DNA of 64,000 bases from Patescibacteria group bacterium (GCA_028865725.1 JAGWJP010000001.1:377954-441953), one strand, 5' to 3'. Counted from the first letter of the stretch, positions 39,050-49,656 are shown. Made by a program: numbers and translations. The notes: a model not told the origin generated them from the letters alone.

Positions 39050-39055
39050 AACATT

Positions 39056-39499
39056 TTATTGTGCCGTTACCACCGTTCCCCCACACGCAATTACTTGTTT
39101 CGTTGCAGATTCTGACAACGCGATTCCCTGTATTGTTACGGCTTTCGTAAGTTCTTTTTTCCCCTTGAGAATTTTAATCTCTGATAACTTTTCCGCTTTG
39201 CCACTCAAAATACCTTTTTTCATAAGCCATGTGGGCGTAATTATATCTCCCTTTTGAGCTGCCCGTTCAATGAGATCAAGTGATATGATTCGCGCAGCGG
39301 GTTTTTGGGGTTTAAACTTAATGCCGCGTAATTTAGGAAAACGCAACATCATTTCCCGTACTTGGGGTTTCAGGCTTCTTCCTGCGCGCGCTTTCTGACC
39401 CTTCTGTCCTGCGCCTGACGTGGTACCACGTTTTCCTCCTCTTCCGATTCGTTTCTTTTTTCGGGCAAGGTGTGTAGGTTTAATGTGATGTAGCTGCAT
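39056..39499 (-). CDS. rplO: 50S ribosomal protein L15
   Basis: KKKRIGRGGKRGTTSGAGQKGQKARAG. Confidence 0.9.
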   Translation of the reverse strand: MQLHHIKPTHLARKKKRIGRGGKRGTTSGAGQKGQKARAGRSLKPQVREMMLRFPKLRGIKFKPQKPAARIISLDLIERAAQKGDIITPTWLMKKGILSGKAEKLSEIKILKGKKELTKAVTIQGIALSESATKQVIACGGTVVTAQ

Positions 39500-39517
39500 A
39501 AGTTTTTTATTTAATGA

Positions 39518-39982
39518 TCATGAGGTTTTTCGCGCAAGAGATTGCAGGGCTACAAAAACTGCCTGTGCATTATTGAGCTTATTCTTTGTTGAGGAAAGAA
39601 TTTTTGCGGAAATATCTACATACCCCGCAAGCGTCAGTACGCTCCGTACAGAACTGCCCGCAATAACACCGCGTCCTTTTGCAGCAGGTTTGATCATAAT
39701 GTGTGCTGCTCCAAAATGCCCTTCCACTTCATGAGGAATGGTCCTTTTGTCTTTAATAGGCACAATCATGACATTTTTTTTTGCGTTTGTTTTTGCTTTA
39801 TCCAACGCTTGAGCTACATCAAGCCCCTTTCCAATTCCCAACCCCACTTCCCCCATTCGCGTTCCTACCACCACGGTTGCACGAAAACTCATGCGTTTTC
39901 CTCCCGCGACAACACGCGTGACACGTCGAAGGTCGATAGTAGTAGATTCGTATTTATCTTGTTGTTTATTTGAATAATGCAT
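39518..39982 (-). CDS. rpsE: 30S ribosomal protein S5
   Basis: VTRVVAGGKRMSFRATVVVG... S5 dsRBD plus C-terminal domain; directly followed by rplO (no rpmD). Confidence 0.9.
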   Translation of the reverse strand: MHYSNKQQDKYESTTIDLRRVTRVVAGGKRMSFRATVVVGTRMGEVGLGIGKGLDVAQALDKAKTNAKKNVMIVPIKDKRTIPHEVEGHFGAAHIMIKPAAKGRGVIAGSSVRSVLTLAGYVDISAKILSSTKNKLNNAQAVFVALQSLARKTS

Positions 39983-39991
39983 GGAGTTTTC

Positions 39992-40348
39992 TTAAAATTG
40001 TAATCCTCTTTCCCGCGCGGCATCTGCCAAAGCTTTCACACGACCTACATAAGAAAACCCTCCACGATCAAACACCACATTGTTGAGTTTTGCTTCCAAT
40101 GCGCGAGATGCAATAAGCGCACCCACCTCACTTGCACGTTCAGTTTTTGTTTTTTTGCTCTTTTTTAATTCTAAATCAGATGCTGCAGCAAGCGTTGTTC
40201 CTTTTTCATCATTAATAACCTGTGCGTACACATGTTGGCTTGATTTGAATATTGCAAGACGCGGTCGTTTCGCGGTACCCACAACAGACATGCGAATTTT
40301 GTGATGTCGTTTTGCGCGCAATTTTTTGGTTATATTTTTTTTGGTCAT
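39992..40348 (-). CDS. rplR: 50S ribosomal protein L18
   Basis: Order L6-L18-S5 and L18-like sequence. Confidence 0.88.
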   Translation of the reverse strand: MTKKNITKKLRAKRHHKIRMSVVGTAKRPRLAIFKSSQHVYAQVINDEKGTTLAAASDLELKKSKKTKTERASEVGALIASRALEAKLNNVVFDRGGFSYVGRVKALADAARERGLQF

Positions 40349-40366
40349 ACTCTACAGTATCGATAA

Positions 40367-40918
40367 TTATGAAGAAGCTCCCGCCATTTTCTTACCCGCT
40401 TTGCGACGAATAATTTCTCCTACGTAATGAATACCCTTTCCTTTGTACGGTTCTGGTTTTTTAAGCGCGCGAACATTCGCGGCTACTTGCCCTACTAACG
40501 CTTTATCCACCCCCGATACCGTAATCGTGTTCTTTTCGGTTCCAATCGTTACTCCTTGAGGAGGAACTACGCGGATAGGATGGCTTAATCCGAGATGAAG
40601 TATCAATGCTTCTCCCTCCATAGCTGCGCGATATCCGACTCCTTCAAGTTCCAGTTTTTTTTCATATCCATTTTGTATACCCTCTACCGCATTTGCAAGC
40701 AGTGCGCGTTGTGTCCCCCACAACGCCATGCTATTCTTTTGTCTTTCCGCTTCCAGTTTGGTCACTGTTAATACTCCTTGTTCATTATTAAACTCAAGCC
40801 CCTCCAAACGAGGTATGAGCAAGGTTCCTTTTTTACCAGAAACAGTAATACTATCCGCTCCAATGGTAATTGTTACTTCTAGTGGTACTATAATTTCTTT
40901 TTTTCCTATTTTTGACAT
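40367..40918 (-). CDS. rplF: 50S ribosomal protein L6
   Basis: MSKIGKKEIIVPLEVTITIGADSITVSGKKG. Confidence 0.9.
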   Translation of the reverse strand: MSKIGKKEIIVPLEVTITIGADSITVSGKKGTLLIPRLEGLEFNNEQGVLTVTKLEAERQKNSMALWGTQRALLANAVEGIQNGYEKKLELEGVGYRAAMEGEALILHLGLSHPIRVVPPQGVTIGTEKNTITVSGVDKALVGQVAANVRALKKPEPYKGKGIHYVGEIIRRKAGKKMAGASS

Positions 40919-40934
40919 AATTTCGTATACGTTT

Positions 40935-41324
40935 CTAGTAGATTTTAAGAAGAACCTCTCCTCCTATGTTTTTTTCACGCGCTTCTTTATCAGTTATAAT
41001 TCCGTGAGAAGTCGAGATAAGACTCAATCCGTACCCATTACGAACACGCCCAATTTCTTTTGCCCCGCGATATACTCTTTTTCCGGGCTTACTTACAAAA
41101 GTAATCTGATGAATGCATGGGGTTCCCTCCGGATATTTCAATTTCAATTCGAGATATTTTTTAATTCCTCTTCCTTTTTTCGCCACCGCCTCAAGGTATC
41201 CTTCGCGCACTAAAATGTCGGCAACGCGGGCATTCAGTTTTGATACAGAAACCTTAACAACATCTTTCTTGACAAGACTTCCATTTTTAATTTTCACCAT
41301 CATTTCAAAAAAAGGATTCATCAT
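40935..41324 (-). CDS. rpsH: 30S ribosomal protein S8
   Basis: DILVREGYLEAV...; operon position. Confidence 0.9.
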   Translation of the reverse strand: MMNPFFEMMVKIKNGSLVKKDVVKVSVSKLNARVADILVREGYLEAVAKKGRGIKKYLELKLKYPEGTPCIHQITFVSKPGKRVYRGAKEIGRVRNGYGLSLISTSHGIITDKEAREKNIGGEVLLKIY

Positions 41325-41345
41325 ATTCTTTAGTGTCTTACTGCC

Positions 41346-41531
41346 TCACCATGAAGACTTGCGTACGCCTGGAATCTGGCCTCGCGAGGCAAGCTCGCGG
41401 AAACAAATTCGACAGAGATTAAAGTTTCTTATATACCCTCGCTTTCTTCCGCAACGAAAACAACGGCGTACCTCACGAGTACTGTATTTTGGTTTCTTTG
41501 CTGCACGCGCAATGACTGATTGTTTTGCCAT
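41346..41531 (-). CDS. rpsZ: 30S ribosomal protein S14 type Z (zinc-binding)
   Basis: 61 aa with [23 protein letters not shown]. Confidence 0.9.
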   Translation of the reverse strand: MAKQSVIARAAKKPKYSTREVRRCFRCGRKRGYIRNFNLCRICFRELASRGQIPGVRKSSW

Positions 41532-41551
41532 AATACAATGATAAGTGGAAT

Positions 41552-42058
41552 TTATTTTTTAAATCGTACGCCGAGAGATTCGAAGAATGCTTGCGCGTCT
41601 TCTTTTTTGTCAGTAGTGGACACTACCACTACCTGGAGTGAAAATGGTGCTTTTGCATTTTCATTAATCACTTCTGGAAATACATTAAATTCCTTAAATC
41701 CGATTGAAAGACTATTGGTAGATATTGTGGAATGTTCAATGCCGCGAAAATCGCGTACACGAGGAAGCGCAAGGTTTACTAGGCGTGTCATGAAGTCGCG
41801 GGCCCGCACCCCCCGTAATGTCGCTTTGAGGCCAACAGGCATCCCCTTTCGTAATTTGAATGTCGCAATCGACTTATTACTTAACACTATTTTCGGTTTC
41901 TGTCCACTCAAAAGACTAAAAAGCCGCGCCACATCATCAAGTGTCTCTTTTTGGTTTTTTGACTGGTTTAAAATCCTACCAATACCTGCATTTACTACTA
42001 CTTTAGTAACGCGCGGTGTAGCCATTTTGTTTTCTTTTTTTGCGTGTGTCTTATTCAT
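41552..42058 (-). CDS. rplE: 50S ribosomal protein L5
   Basis: [14 protein letters not shown]...; start placed at an internal Met because the ORF-track start would overlap rplX by about 80 nt. Confidence 0.8.
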   Translation of the reverse strand: MNKTHAKKENKMATPRVTKVVVNAGIGRILNQSKNQKETLDDVARLFSLLSGQKPKIVLSNKSIATFKLRKGMPVGLKATLRGVRARDFMTRLVNLALPRVRDFRGIEHSTISTNSLSIGFKEFNVFPEVINENAKAPFSLQVVVVSTTDKKEDAQAFFESLGVRFKK

Positions 42059-42065
42059 ACTGTGC

Positions 42066-42374
42066 TTACAATTCTGCGTGGCATTTTTTGCATACCTCAA
42101 TTTTGGTTCCATTTGCCACACTATGTCCTCTGCGCGTGCGTACGCCACATTTACCGCATACGCGCATCACATTTGAAGCATGAATGCTTCGCGATACTGA
42201 AATAATCTCGCCTTTTTGTCCTTGTTGCTTGGGGCGAGCATGCTTTTTATACATATTTGCCCCTTCTACCACTACACGCGTGGAATCCTTAAGGACCCGC
42301 ACTATTCGTCCTGTTTTTCCACGCTCCTTTCCTTTAATAATGTAGACCGTGTCTCCTTTCTTAATCATAGACAT
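42066..42374 (-). CDS. rplX: 50S ribosomal protein L24 with C-terminal Cys4 zinc-ribbon extension
   Basis: KOW motif IKKGDTVYIIKGKERGKTGRI; tail CGKCGVRTRR...CKKCHAEL. Confidence 0.85.
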   Translation of the reverse strand: MSMIKKGDTVYIIKGKERGKTGRIVRVLKDSTRVVVEGANMYKKHARPKQQGQKGEIISVSRSIHASNVMRVCGKCGVRTRRGHSVANGTKIEVCKKCHAEL

Positions 42375-42376
42375 GC

Positions 42377-42748
42377 TTAAACAATGTTATCTGCCATTGA
42401 AATAATTTTTGCATACCCTTTTTCTTTGATCTCTCTTGGAATAGGGCCAAAAATACGAGTTGCTTTTGGATCCACTTTATTGGTATCGAGCACCACTACC
42501 GCATTCTCATCAAAACGAACACTCGTACCATTTGTACGTCGCACCACATCCTTGGTGCGTACTACGAGAGCTTTTACCACTTCCTTTTTTTTCACCCCTT
42601 TCCGTGGTTCAGCAACTTGAACCGATGCAACGATAATATCGCCCACACTTGCATACCGCCTTCTTGAACCTCCCAGCACTTTAAAGCACCGCACTGTTTT
42701 TGCGCCGGAATTATCTGCTACCTGTAATATGGTGCGTGGTTGTATCAT
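42377..42748 (-). CDS. rplN: 50S ribosomal protein L14
   Basis: [31 protein letters not shown]. Confidence 0.9.
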   Translation of the reverse strand: MIQPRTILQVADNSGAKTVRCFKVLGGSRRRYASVGDIIVASVQVAEPRKGVKKKEVVKALVVRTKDVVRRTNGTSVRFDENAVVVLDTNKVDPKATRIFGPIPREIKEKGYAKIISMADNIV

Positions 42749-43044
42749 ATATGTTCACTAAGCGAAGCATCGCTTTCTTCTTTTTCCTCCTTGCCAGCTT
42801 CGCGAGGCCGAGATATTAATTTAACGATATTCCATCTTTTTTGTCCAGAGATTGGACGTGTTTCCTCAATCATGACCATATCGCCTACATGAAATTCATT
42901 ATGTTCATCATGTGCTTTCATGCGTTTCACGATACGGAGTAGCTTGTGGTACTGGTCGTGTTTTTTAAACCGTGTTACCGCAACAACACGTGTTTTTTGC
43001 ATCACGTCGCGCATTACTTTTCCTTCAAACGTACGATGTGCCAT
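42745..43044 (-). CDS. rpsQ: 30S ribosomal protein S17 (acidic C-terminal tail)
   Basis: [20 protein letters not shown]... OB-fold S17. Confidence 0.9.
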   Translation of the reverse strand: MAHRTFEGKVMRDVMQKTRVVAVTRFKKHDQYHKLLRIVKRMKAHDEHNEFHVGDMVMIEETRPISGQKRWNIVKLISRPREAGKEEKEESDASLSEHI

Positions 43045-43048
43045 ACTT

Positions 43049-43231
43049 TTATTTAAAATTCAATAACGTAAGTAAGCGCGCAATATCCTTCTTTGTCGCC
43101 CGGATAGTATGCGCATTTTTAACCTTTCCCTGTGCAATTTCAAATCTTAAATCACGCAATGTCTGACGTTTTTCATAAAGAGCCTTCCGCATCTCATCCT
43201 GATTTAATTGTCGAAAGTCTTGATGTTTCAT
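43049..43231 (-). CDS. rpmC: 50S ribosomal protein L29
   Basis: 60 aa helical protein between rplP and rpsQ; L29-like LRDLRFE. Confidence 0.8.
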   Translation of the reverse strand: MKHQDFRQLNQDEMRKALYEKRQTLRDLRFEIAQGKVKNAHTIRATKKDIARLLTLLNFK

Positions 43232-43238
43232 ATTATAT

Positions 43239-43652
43239 TTATATTCGTACTACCATTCGTGTTTTTACCGGGAGTTTGTGCGCGGCGCGGCGCAAGGCTT
43301 CGCGTGCAGTGGTTTCCGGAAGACCATCAATCTCAAACAACATTCTCCCTGGACGCACAGGAAATACATAATGGTCAACGGCCCCTTTTCCACCTCCCAT
43401 GGTAACTTCTGGTGGGCGTTTTGTTACTGGCTTATCGGGAAAAATGCGAATCCATAATTTCCCCCCTTTCTTTAGAAAAAACGTGATGGATTTTCTCGCT
43501 GCTTCTATCTGGCGAGAGTTAATCCATGCCGCGTCACATGCCTGTAATCCCAAACTCCCGTATGTCAATGCCGTACCGCGCGTTTCTTTCACTCTATCTC
43601 GCGAACGTCCTTTTTGCCATTTTCGATGTTTTACTTTTTTGGGAATCAGCAT
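43239..43652 (-). CDS. rplP: 50S ribosomal protein L16
   Basis: MLIPKKVKHRKWQKGRSR... Confidence 0.9.
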   Translation of the reverse strand: MLIPKKVKHRKWQKGRSRDRVKETRGTALTYGSLGLQACDAAWINSRQIEAARKSITFFLKKGGKLWIRIFPDKPVTKRPPEVTMGGGKGAVDHYVFPVRPGRMLFEIDGLPETTAREALRRAAHKLPVKTRMVVRI

Positions 43653-43654
43653 GA

Positions 43655-44332
43655 TTAATTGTTCGGGATGAACTCACCTTTATAAATCCACACTTTTATT
43701 CCTACCGCCCCATAGGAACAAAAGGCTGTTGCTTCACCATAATCAATATTAGCACGCAGTGTTTGAAGAGGGATTGTCCCCTTGGAAAGCCATTCCGCAC
43801 GTGAAATTTCATTTCCATCAAGTCTCCCGGACATTCTAATTTTAGCCCCCGCAATCGCAGGATTTTGAAGAATATGTTCAAGTCCTTTTTTCATTGTTCT
43901 TCGGAAGGTACTCCTGTGTTCAATTTGAGCGGCAAGTTCCTGAGCGACCACAGTGGCGCTGACATCATTTTTTGGCACTTCCTCTACGTTAATAGAGAGT
44001 ACGCGCTTAGATAAATTCTGTCCGGGATATTTCTTGGATATCCTACCAAGAATCGCTTCAATGTGCTTTTTAAGACTTTCGATATCCTTTCCCCCACGAC
44101 CGATCACAATACCCGGTTTCGAAACACGCAATGTAATTTTGAGATTATTACCAAATCGCTCAATAGAAACAGAATCTACTTCAGTTTGACGCAATCGTTT
44201 GCGAAGATATTCTCGAATACCCCAATCCTCCTCGAGAAGATAAGGAAATTTTTTCTTATTCGTAAGCCACTTGCTGCTCCATGTGTTCTGTACGCTAAGA
44301 CGAAATGATTTTGGATGAATTTTGTGTCCCAT
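43655..44332 (-). CDS. rpsC: 30S ribosomal protein S3
   Basis: MGHKIHPKSFRLSVQNTWSSKW... plus KH domain GRGGKDIESL. Confidence 0.9.
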   Translation of the reverse strand: MGHKIHPKSFRLSVQNTWSSKWLTNKKKFPYLLEEDWGIREYLRKRLRQTEVDSVSIERFGNNLKITLRVSKPGIVIGRGGKDIESLKKHIEAILGRISKKYPGQNLSKRVLSINVEEVPKNDVSATVVAQELAAQIEHRSTFRRTMKKGLEHILQNPAIAGAKIRMSGRLDGNEISRAEWLSKGTIPLQTLRANIDYGEATAFCSYGAVGIKVWIYKGEFIPNN

Positions 44333-44337
44333 AATGA

Positions 44338-44871
44338 TTAAACGGATTTTCTTCGAAACATCTTTTTAAGCGCCCCGGGTTCCTTGATATCCTTCTTCGT
44401 TTTCTGGTTCGCTTCATTTCGTTCTTCGGCCGCTGCTTTTGCTTGTTTCTCGCGCTCAAAATCTTTTACTAATTTACGAGCTTCTTTTTGCGTTTGAGGA
44501 CGATAAAATTCTTTAAACTTCTGGCTTACGGATCCTTTTTCTTCGACAGTAATATATACGTGGGATGTCTTTTTCTGAATCATGGCGGCTCTACCACTCG
44601 CGCGCGGCATAAACCGTTTAAACATAGGACCCTGATCTACGCGGATATCTGTGATATAGAGTTTTTCAGGAACAAGGGAGGCCTGTTTTGCGTTTGCAAG
44701 AACGGAGCGTAATAATTTCAAAACAGGTCGTGCTGCTTTTTTTGCGCTATAACGCAACTCAGCTTCTGCCTGATTTACTGATTTACCCCTAAGCAAGCTC
44801 GCGATCAGGCGGGTTTTTCTGGGGGCGACATGTAAATATCGTAATATTGCTGAAGCTGATTTCTTTTCCAT
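44338..44871 (-). CDS. rplV: 50S ribosomal protein L22 (about 65-aa Lys-rich C-terminal extension)
   Basis: L22 core (LRYLHVAPRKTRLIASLLRGKSV...) followed by an extra charged tail. Confidence 0.85.
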   Translation of the reverse strand: MEKKSASAILRYLHVAPRKTRLIASLLRGKSVNQAEAELRYSAKKAARPVLKLLRSVLANAKQASLVPEKLYITDIRVDQGPMFKRFMPRASGRAAMIQKKTSHVYITVEEKGSVSQKFKEFYRPQTQKEARKLVKDFEREKQAKAAAEERNEANQKTKKDIKEPGALKKMFRRKSV

Positions 44872-44883
44872 AGCAAATATCTA

Positions 44884-45177
44884 TTATTCTGATTTCGCTT
44901 TTTGCTCAAGTTCTCGTTGCATTTTTCCTCCATGCTTCACGAATTTTCGCGTCGGAGAAAATTCACCGAGTTTATGTCCTACCATTTCCTCTGAGATAAG
45001 TACAGGAGTAAATGTGCGGCCGTTGTGCACATTCAAGGTAATTCCAATCATTTCAGGACTGACAGAAGAAGCGCGTGACCATGTATTGATCACCATTTTT
45101 TCGCCCGCCTTTAACCGAGCTACTTTTGCGAGGAGCTTGTCATCAATGTAGGGACCTTTTTTAATTGATCTGCTCAT
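44884..45177 (-). CDS. rpsS: 30S ribosomal protein S19
   Basis: [19 protein letters not shown]...HNGRTFTPV. Confidence 0.9.
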   Translation of the reverse strand: MSRSIKKGPYIDDKLLAKVARLKAGEKMVINTWSRASSVSPEMIGITLNVHNGRTFTPVLISEEMVGHKLGEFSPTRKFVKHGGKMQRELEQKAKSE

Positions 45178-45257
45178 AAGCTAATTATGGTATGTGATGA
45201 CGTGATAAGTCTATCAAGGAATGTACCTTTTTAATAGCGACTCGTCAAGATTGATCG

Positions 45258-46115
45258 TTATTTTTTCTTTTTCTTTCTTCGAGAAATGATAAGATTGTTA
45301 CTCCATTTATTTTTTCTTCGTGTTTTAACGCCTCCGGTGATCTTACCCCACTTGTCTTTCGGCCTTCGTGTTCCTCGAGATTGTCGCCCTTCGCCGCCTC
45401 CATAAGGATGGTCCCGCGGATTCATTACTGAACCACGCACCGTTGGACGCACACCACGATGTCTGGTTTTTCCCGCCTTTCCGTGTGTAGTAAGATTGTG
45501 TTCGGGGTTTGATAGCGGGCCGATACTTGCAAATGAAGCAGAAAGAACCATGCGCACCTCTCCCGAGGGAAGCTTGAGATGAGTATATCGGCCATCGTGA
45601 CCTAAAATTTCTGCATATGACCCTGCTGAACGAATAAGCGATCCTCCGCGTTCCGGTTCTAGCTCAATATTATGTACAGGAGTTCCCGGAGGAATCGCAT
45701 GTAACGCCATTCGGTTTCCTGGCGTAAATGGTGCGATCTCTGACGTAATTACGGAATCATTGACGTTCAATCCGTGCGGAGCAAGAATATAACGTCGCTC
45801 ACCGTCGTGATAACGTACCAAGGCAATAAAAGCGGTACGAAAAGGATCATATTCGAGCGAAAGTACTTTTCCTGGAATATCTTTTTTGTTTTGTCGAAAA
45901 TCTATCATCCGATAGCGCTTCTTATTTCCTCCTCCCTGGTGACGTACAGTAATTCTCCCACTATGATTTCTTCCCGATTTCTTTGAAATTTTCTTCAAGA
46001 GCCCTGGATATGGTGCAACAGAACTAAGTCCTCGATAGTCTACTACCGTGATATGTCGTAACGAGGGTGTTTTAGGCGCGTATCGTTTCATAATTTTATT
46101 GTGTAGCAAATTCAA
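45258..46115 (-). CDS. rplB: 50S ribosomal protein L2
   Basis: Conserved L2 C-terminal GGGEGRQSRGTRRPKDKWGK-type region. Confidence 0.9.
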   Translation of the reverse strand: MNLLHNKIMKRYAPKTPSLRHITVVDYRGLSSVAPYPGLLKKISKKSGRNHSGRITVRHQGGGNKKRYRMIDFRQNKKDIPGKVLSLEYDPFRTAFIALVRYHDGERRYILAPHGLNVNDSVITSEIAPFTPGNRMALHAIPPGTPVHNIELEPERGGSLIRSAGSYAEILGHDGRYTHLKLPSGEVRMVLSASFASIGPLSNPEHNLTTHGKAGKTRHRGVRPTVRGSVMNPRDHPYGGGEGRQSRGTRRPKDKWGKITGGVKTRRKNKWSNNLIISRRKKKKK

Positions 46116-46515
46116 GTTTATCCCCTGCCGCGAGGGTAATTACCGCTTTTTTATAGCCCGGTTTTTCACTCGTTTTTCCCCCCCGCGTCTTTCTTGTTTT
46201 AGGAGGAATATGAACCATATTTACCGCCACTACTGTTACGCCATATCCTCGCTCAAATAATTTTTTAATCTCTGTCTTGTTTGCATGCGGCGCAACGCGA
46301 AACACATACTTATTACCCGCAGTTCCTCGCAATGCTTTTTCCGTAAACCATGGGTGGCGTACTAATTCCCAAGAGAGAGACGCTCCTTGCGTCTTAGATC
46401 CGAGCAGCATTTCTTTTTTGTTTTTTATAGGAGCAACCACAACCTCATTCTTTTGAGAGGCGGAAGTTTTTGCTGGGTTATCATGATTATTTTTTGCTAA
46501 AAAAGGAAGGCTCAT
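46096..46515 (-). CDS. rplW: 50S ribosomal protein L23 (N-terminal extension)
   Basis: L23 core (...YVFRVAPHANKTEIKKLFE...) between rplD and rplB. Confidence 0.85.
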   Translation of the reverse strand: MSLPFLAKNNHDNPAKTSASQKNEVVVAPIKNKKEMLLGSKTQGASLSWELVRHPWFTEKALRGTAGNKYVFRVAPHANKTEIKKLFERGYGVTVVAVNMVHIPPKTRKTRGGKTSEKPGYKKAVITLAAGDKLEFATQ

Positions 46516-46535
46516 AGTATTTAAAATAATGCGCG

Positions 46536-47198
46536 TTATGCGACGGTGTAATACTTCTCTACGATAGGAAGCGAATCTTTCAGTATCACGACGTTCTTAT
46601 ACGTAATGATCTTTTTTGCATTTAAATCATTGGCGAGAACCCAATTCGCCGCCTTAAGATTATGAATAGAACGACGCAGGGATTCATGGTGCTGAGGAAT
46701 AACGATTAAGAGCTGATGCGCTTTTTCTAAATTTGCAAATGGCTTCAACGTATGTGCGGTACTTTTGGTCTTTGAATCCGAAAACTCCATCACGTCTACC
46801 ACTTTCAGTTCTTGTTCGCGTAATTTTTGAGAAAGCGCCATCGCGATTGCCTTTCTCGCCATTTTTTTGGGTAATGCGACGTGATAATTTTTTTCCTTGA
46901 GCGGCCCATGTGTAACTCCCCCTCCTTTCCAAATAGGCGATCGACTTGATCCTGCACGTGCGCGACCGGTTCCTTTCTGCTTCCAGGGTTTTTTACCTCC
47001 TCCTTGTACCGCGCCACGATCTTTTGTGTGCGCCACAGGACGGCGCGCATTATTTGTATAGGCGCGTAATACCTGGTGAACGAGATCCGCATTCCATTTC
47101 ACATCAAAAACCCCATCTGCGACATCGACGGATCCAACCGTGCTTCCTAATGCATTATACAATTCGAGCTTCATACTATTTTGTAGATACAATTTCAA
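46536..47198 (-). CDS. rplD: 50S ribosomal protein L4
   Basis: L4-like; operon position. Confidence 0.88.
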   Translation of the reverse strand: MKLYLQNSMKLELYNALGSTVGSVDVADGVFDVKWNADLVHQVLRAYTNNARRPVAHTKDRGAVQGGGKKPWKQKGTGRARAGSSRSPIWKGGGVTHGPLKEKNYHVALPKKMARKAIAMALSQKLREQELKVVDVMEFSDSKTKSTAHTLKPFANLEKAHQLLIVIPQHHESLRRSIHNLKAANWVLANDLNAKKIITYKNVVILKDSLPIVEKYYTVA

Positions 47199-47787
47199 TC
47201 ATGCTCCCCTTATTTCCAGGGACGCTTCCTCTTAAGGCAATGAGCTGCTGGTCATTATCTATTTTGACGACCAGCAAATTTTTTATAGTTTTACGCTCTC
47301 CACCCATACGTCCTGCCATTCTGCGTCCCTTAATGACCTGCTGCGGCGTAGTAGCTCCAATAGAGCCCGGAGCACGGTGACGATTTTTTTGTCCATGTGT
47401 TTTCGGACCGCCGCGAAAACTATAACGTTTCACCACGCCCTGAAATCCTCGGCCTTTCGTAAGTCCTGAGATGCGCACCTTTTTTCCTTCTTCAAAGCTC
47501 TCTACGCCAAGTGTTTGGCCTAACGCATAAGTACCTATTTCGTTGGGATTCACACGAAATTCTTTTACATGGGCAAATGAGGGCATATCCTTCAATTGAC
47601 CTTTTCGCGGCTTGGTGGGGTGTTTCTTTGTCCCCCATCCAATACCTACGGCGGTATAGCCGTCTTTTTCCAGTGTACGAATATGTGCAACGATTGCGGG
47701 ACCTGCCTCAAGTAAGGTTATAGAAACCCGTTTTTCTCCATCGTATATTTGAGACATTCCCAATTTTTTAGCTAATGCGAAAGCCAT
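47176..47787 (-). CDS. rplC: 50S ribosomal protein L3
   Basis: Start set at MAFALAKKLGMSQIYD (L3 N-terminus GxxGxKxGMTQIF-like); upstream ORF-track extension judged spurious. Confidence 0.88.
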   Translation of the reverse strand: MAFALAKKLGMSQIYDGEKRVSITLLEAGPAIVAHIRTLEKDGYTAVGIGWGTKKHPTKPRKGQLKDMPSFAHVKEFRVNPNEIGTYALGQTLGVESFEEGKKVRISGLTKGRGFQGVVKRYSFRGGPKTHGQKNRHRAPGSIGATTPQQVIKGRRMAGRMGGERKTIKNLLVVKIDNDQQLIALRGSVPGNKGSMIEIVSTK

Positions 47788-47925
47788 AAATAATATAAAT
47801 AAAAATACCGGAAACAAAGCCGGCTGTAACAACCTCTGCTTTATTTCGTACTTGTTATGATGTTGTAAATGTCATGTGTGCTCCTTGTGGGTTTATTCCT
47901 CTTTCGGAAGACACGGTTTCCAATC

Positions 47926-48252
47926 TTACATCATCTTAATCTCAATATCAACACCAGCAGGCATAATCAAACTCATAAGCGAATCGATCACTTTCTCATT
48001 GGGATTCAAAATATCAACGAGACGCTTGTGAATACGCAACTCGAATTGTTCACGACTGTCCTTGTGGACAAACGTGGAACGATTCACGGTATACTTTTTG
48101 ATTTCAGTCGGAAGAGGAATGGGTCCACTCACCGTTGCTGCGTATCGCTCTGCTATTTCGACAATTTGTCGCGCAGAGTTTTCGATTATCTTATAATCGT
48201 ATGCCTTTAAGCGAATCCTTATTTTTACTTTTTCTTCTTTTTCCTTAGCCAT
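47926..48252 (-). CDS. rpsJ: 30S ribosomal protein S10
   Basis: [38 protein letters not shown]. Confidence 0.9.
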   Translation of the reverse strand: MAKEKEEKVKIRIRLKAYDYKIIENSARQIVEIAERYAATVSGPIPLPTEIKKYTVNRSTFVHKDSREQFELRIHKRLVDILNPNEKVIDSLMSLIMPAGVDIEIKMM

Positions 48253-48345
48253 TTTTTTATTTTCTGCAGAGCACGAGGCTCTACATTAAGTGAGTGCGCC
48301 CTATACATATCGCATAGAGCGCACCTCTTAACATAGATTTCTCGT

Positions 48346-49545
48346 CTATTTCAGAATGCTGGTTACTACTCCGGCACCTACAGTTTTACCACCCTCACGG
48401 ATTGCGAAACGTTGTTTTTCTTCAAGTGCCACAGGAGAAATAAGTTTGACTTTAAATTTAATGCTATCACCCGGCATTACCATCTCTACTCCTTCCGGCA
48501 AGGTTACCTCACCTGTCACATCCGTTGTGCGAATATAGAACTGCGGTTTATAGCCTTTAAAGAATGGGGTATGCCGTCCTCCTTCTTCTTTCGTAAGGAT
48601 GAGAACCTCTGCCTCGAATTCTGTATGAGGAGTTACAGATCCTGGTTTTGCAAGCACCTGACCGCGCTCTACATCTTCTTTTTTAACACCGCGAAGAAGA
48701 ATACCGACATTATCGCCCGCACGCCCCTCATCAAGGGTCTTTTGGAACATTTCAACACCCGTGACGACTGTTTTCTGGGTAGGACGAAGACCAATAATCT
48801 CAACTTCTTCGTTTACTTTTACAATACCGCGCTCTACGCGTCCCGTGACTACGGTGCCACGTCCTTCAATCGTAAAGATATCTTCGATGGGCATCAAAAA
48901 TGGCTTGTCAGTAGGACGTACAGGCTCAGGAATATAAGAATCTAATGCATCCACGAGATCAAGAATAGGTTTGGTCGCAGGATCATCGAGCGAGGTTGCA
49001 TTTAATGCTTTTAACGCGGAACCACGAATAACCGGCACCTCGTCTCCAGGAAATTCATACTTGTTCAAAAGCTCGCGCACTTCTGTTTCGACGAGATCGA
49101 CAAGCTCTGGATCATCCACCATGTCCGCTTTATTCAAAAAGACCACAAGTGCGGGCACCCCTACTTGACGTGCAAGCAAAATATGCTCGCGAGTTTGCGG
49201 CATAGGGCCGTCCGCGGCAGATACCACAAGAATTGCGCCATCCATCTGCGCGGCGCCGGTAATCATGTTCTTGATATAGTCCGCGTGGCCTGGTGCATCA
49301 ATGTGTGCATAGTGGCGCTTTTCTGATTCGTACTCAGAGTGGTGCAAGGCAATCGTAATTCCGCGCGCCCTTTCTTCTGGTGCGTTGTCGATCTGATCAA
49401 CCGACTCTTCTTTTGCCACGAGTCCTTTAAGATGAAGGACGTGCGTGATTGCCGCCGTTAAGGTTGTTTTTCCATGGTCAACGTGACCAATGGTGCCCAC
49501 GTTGACGTGTGGCTTTGTGCGCTCAAATTTTGCTTTTTCTGCCAT
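48346..49545 (-). CDS. tuf: elongation factor Tu
   Basis: [23 protein letters not shown]-loop GTPase; full EF-Tu. Confidence 0.95.
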   Translation of the reverse strand: MAEKAKFERTKPHVNVGTIGHVDHGKTTLTAAITHVLHLKGLVAKEESVDQIDNAPEERARGITIALHHSEYESEKRHYAHIDAPGHADYIKNMITGAAQMDGAILVVSAADGPMPQTREHILLARQVGVPALVVFLNKADMVDDPELVDLVETEVRELLNKYEFPGDEVPVIRGSALKALNATSLDDPATKPILDLVDALDSYIPEPVRPTDKPFLMPIEDIFTIEGRGTVVTGRVERGIVKVNEEVEIIGLRPTQKTVVTGVEMFQKTLDEGRAGDNVGILLRGVKKEDVERGQVLAKPGSVTPHTEFEAEVLILTKEEGGRHTPFFKGYKPQFYIRTTDVTGEVTLPEGVEMVMPGDSIKFKVKLISPVALEEKQRFAIREGGKTVGAGVVTSILK

Positions 49546-49628
49546 TGTGGTTGTAGTGTTGCGAATAAAAAGTAACGATGAGTTACTCTTGTATCCTTAA
49601 GTTACTCTTATTAATAGCTACCTGATTA

Positions 49629-49656
49629 AGTTTAGCGATATTTTAAATAATGTCAA
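49629..49656 (-). promoter_or_regulatory. putative sigma70-type promoter for tuf
   Basis: Minus strand TTGACA, 16-nt spacer, TAAACT, about 75 nt upstream of the tuf ATG. Confidence 0.35.

Noticed and set aside
42059-42148. 30-aa N-terminal extension of rplE given by the ORF track
   Set aside because: It would overlap rplX by about 80 nt and does not resemble the L5 N-terminus; an internal Met was chosen.
47788-47832. 15-aa N-terminal extension of rplC (MLQPALFPVFLFILF)
   Set aside because: The conserved L3 N-terminus begins at MAFALAKKLGMSQ; the upstream extension is hydrophobic junk.
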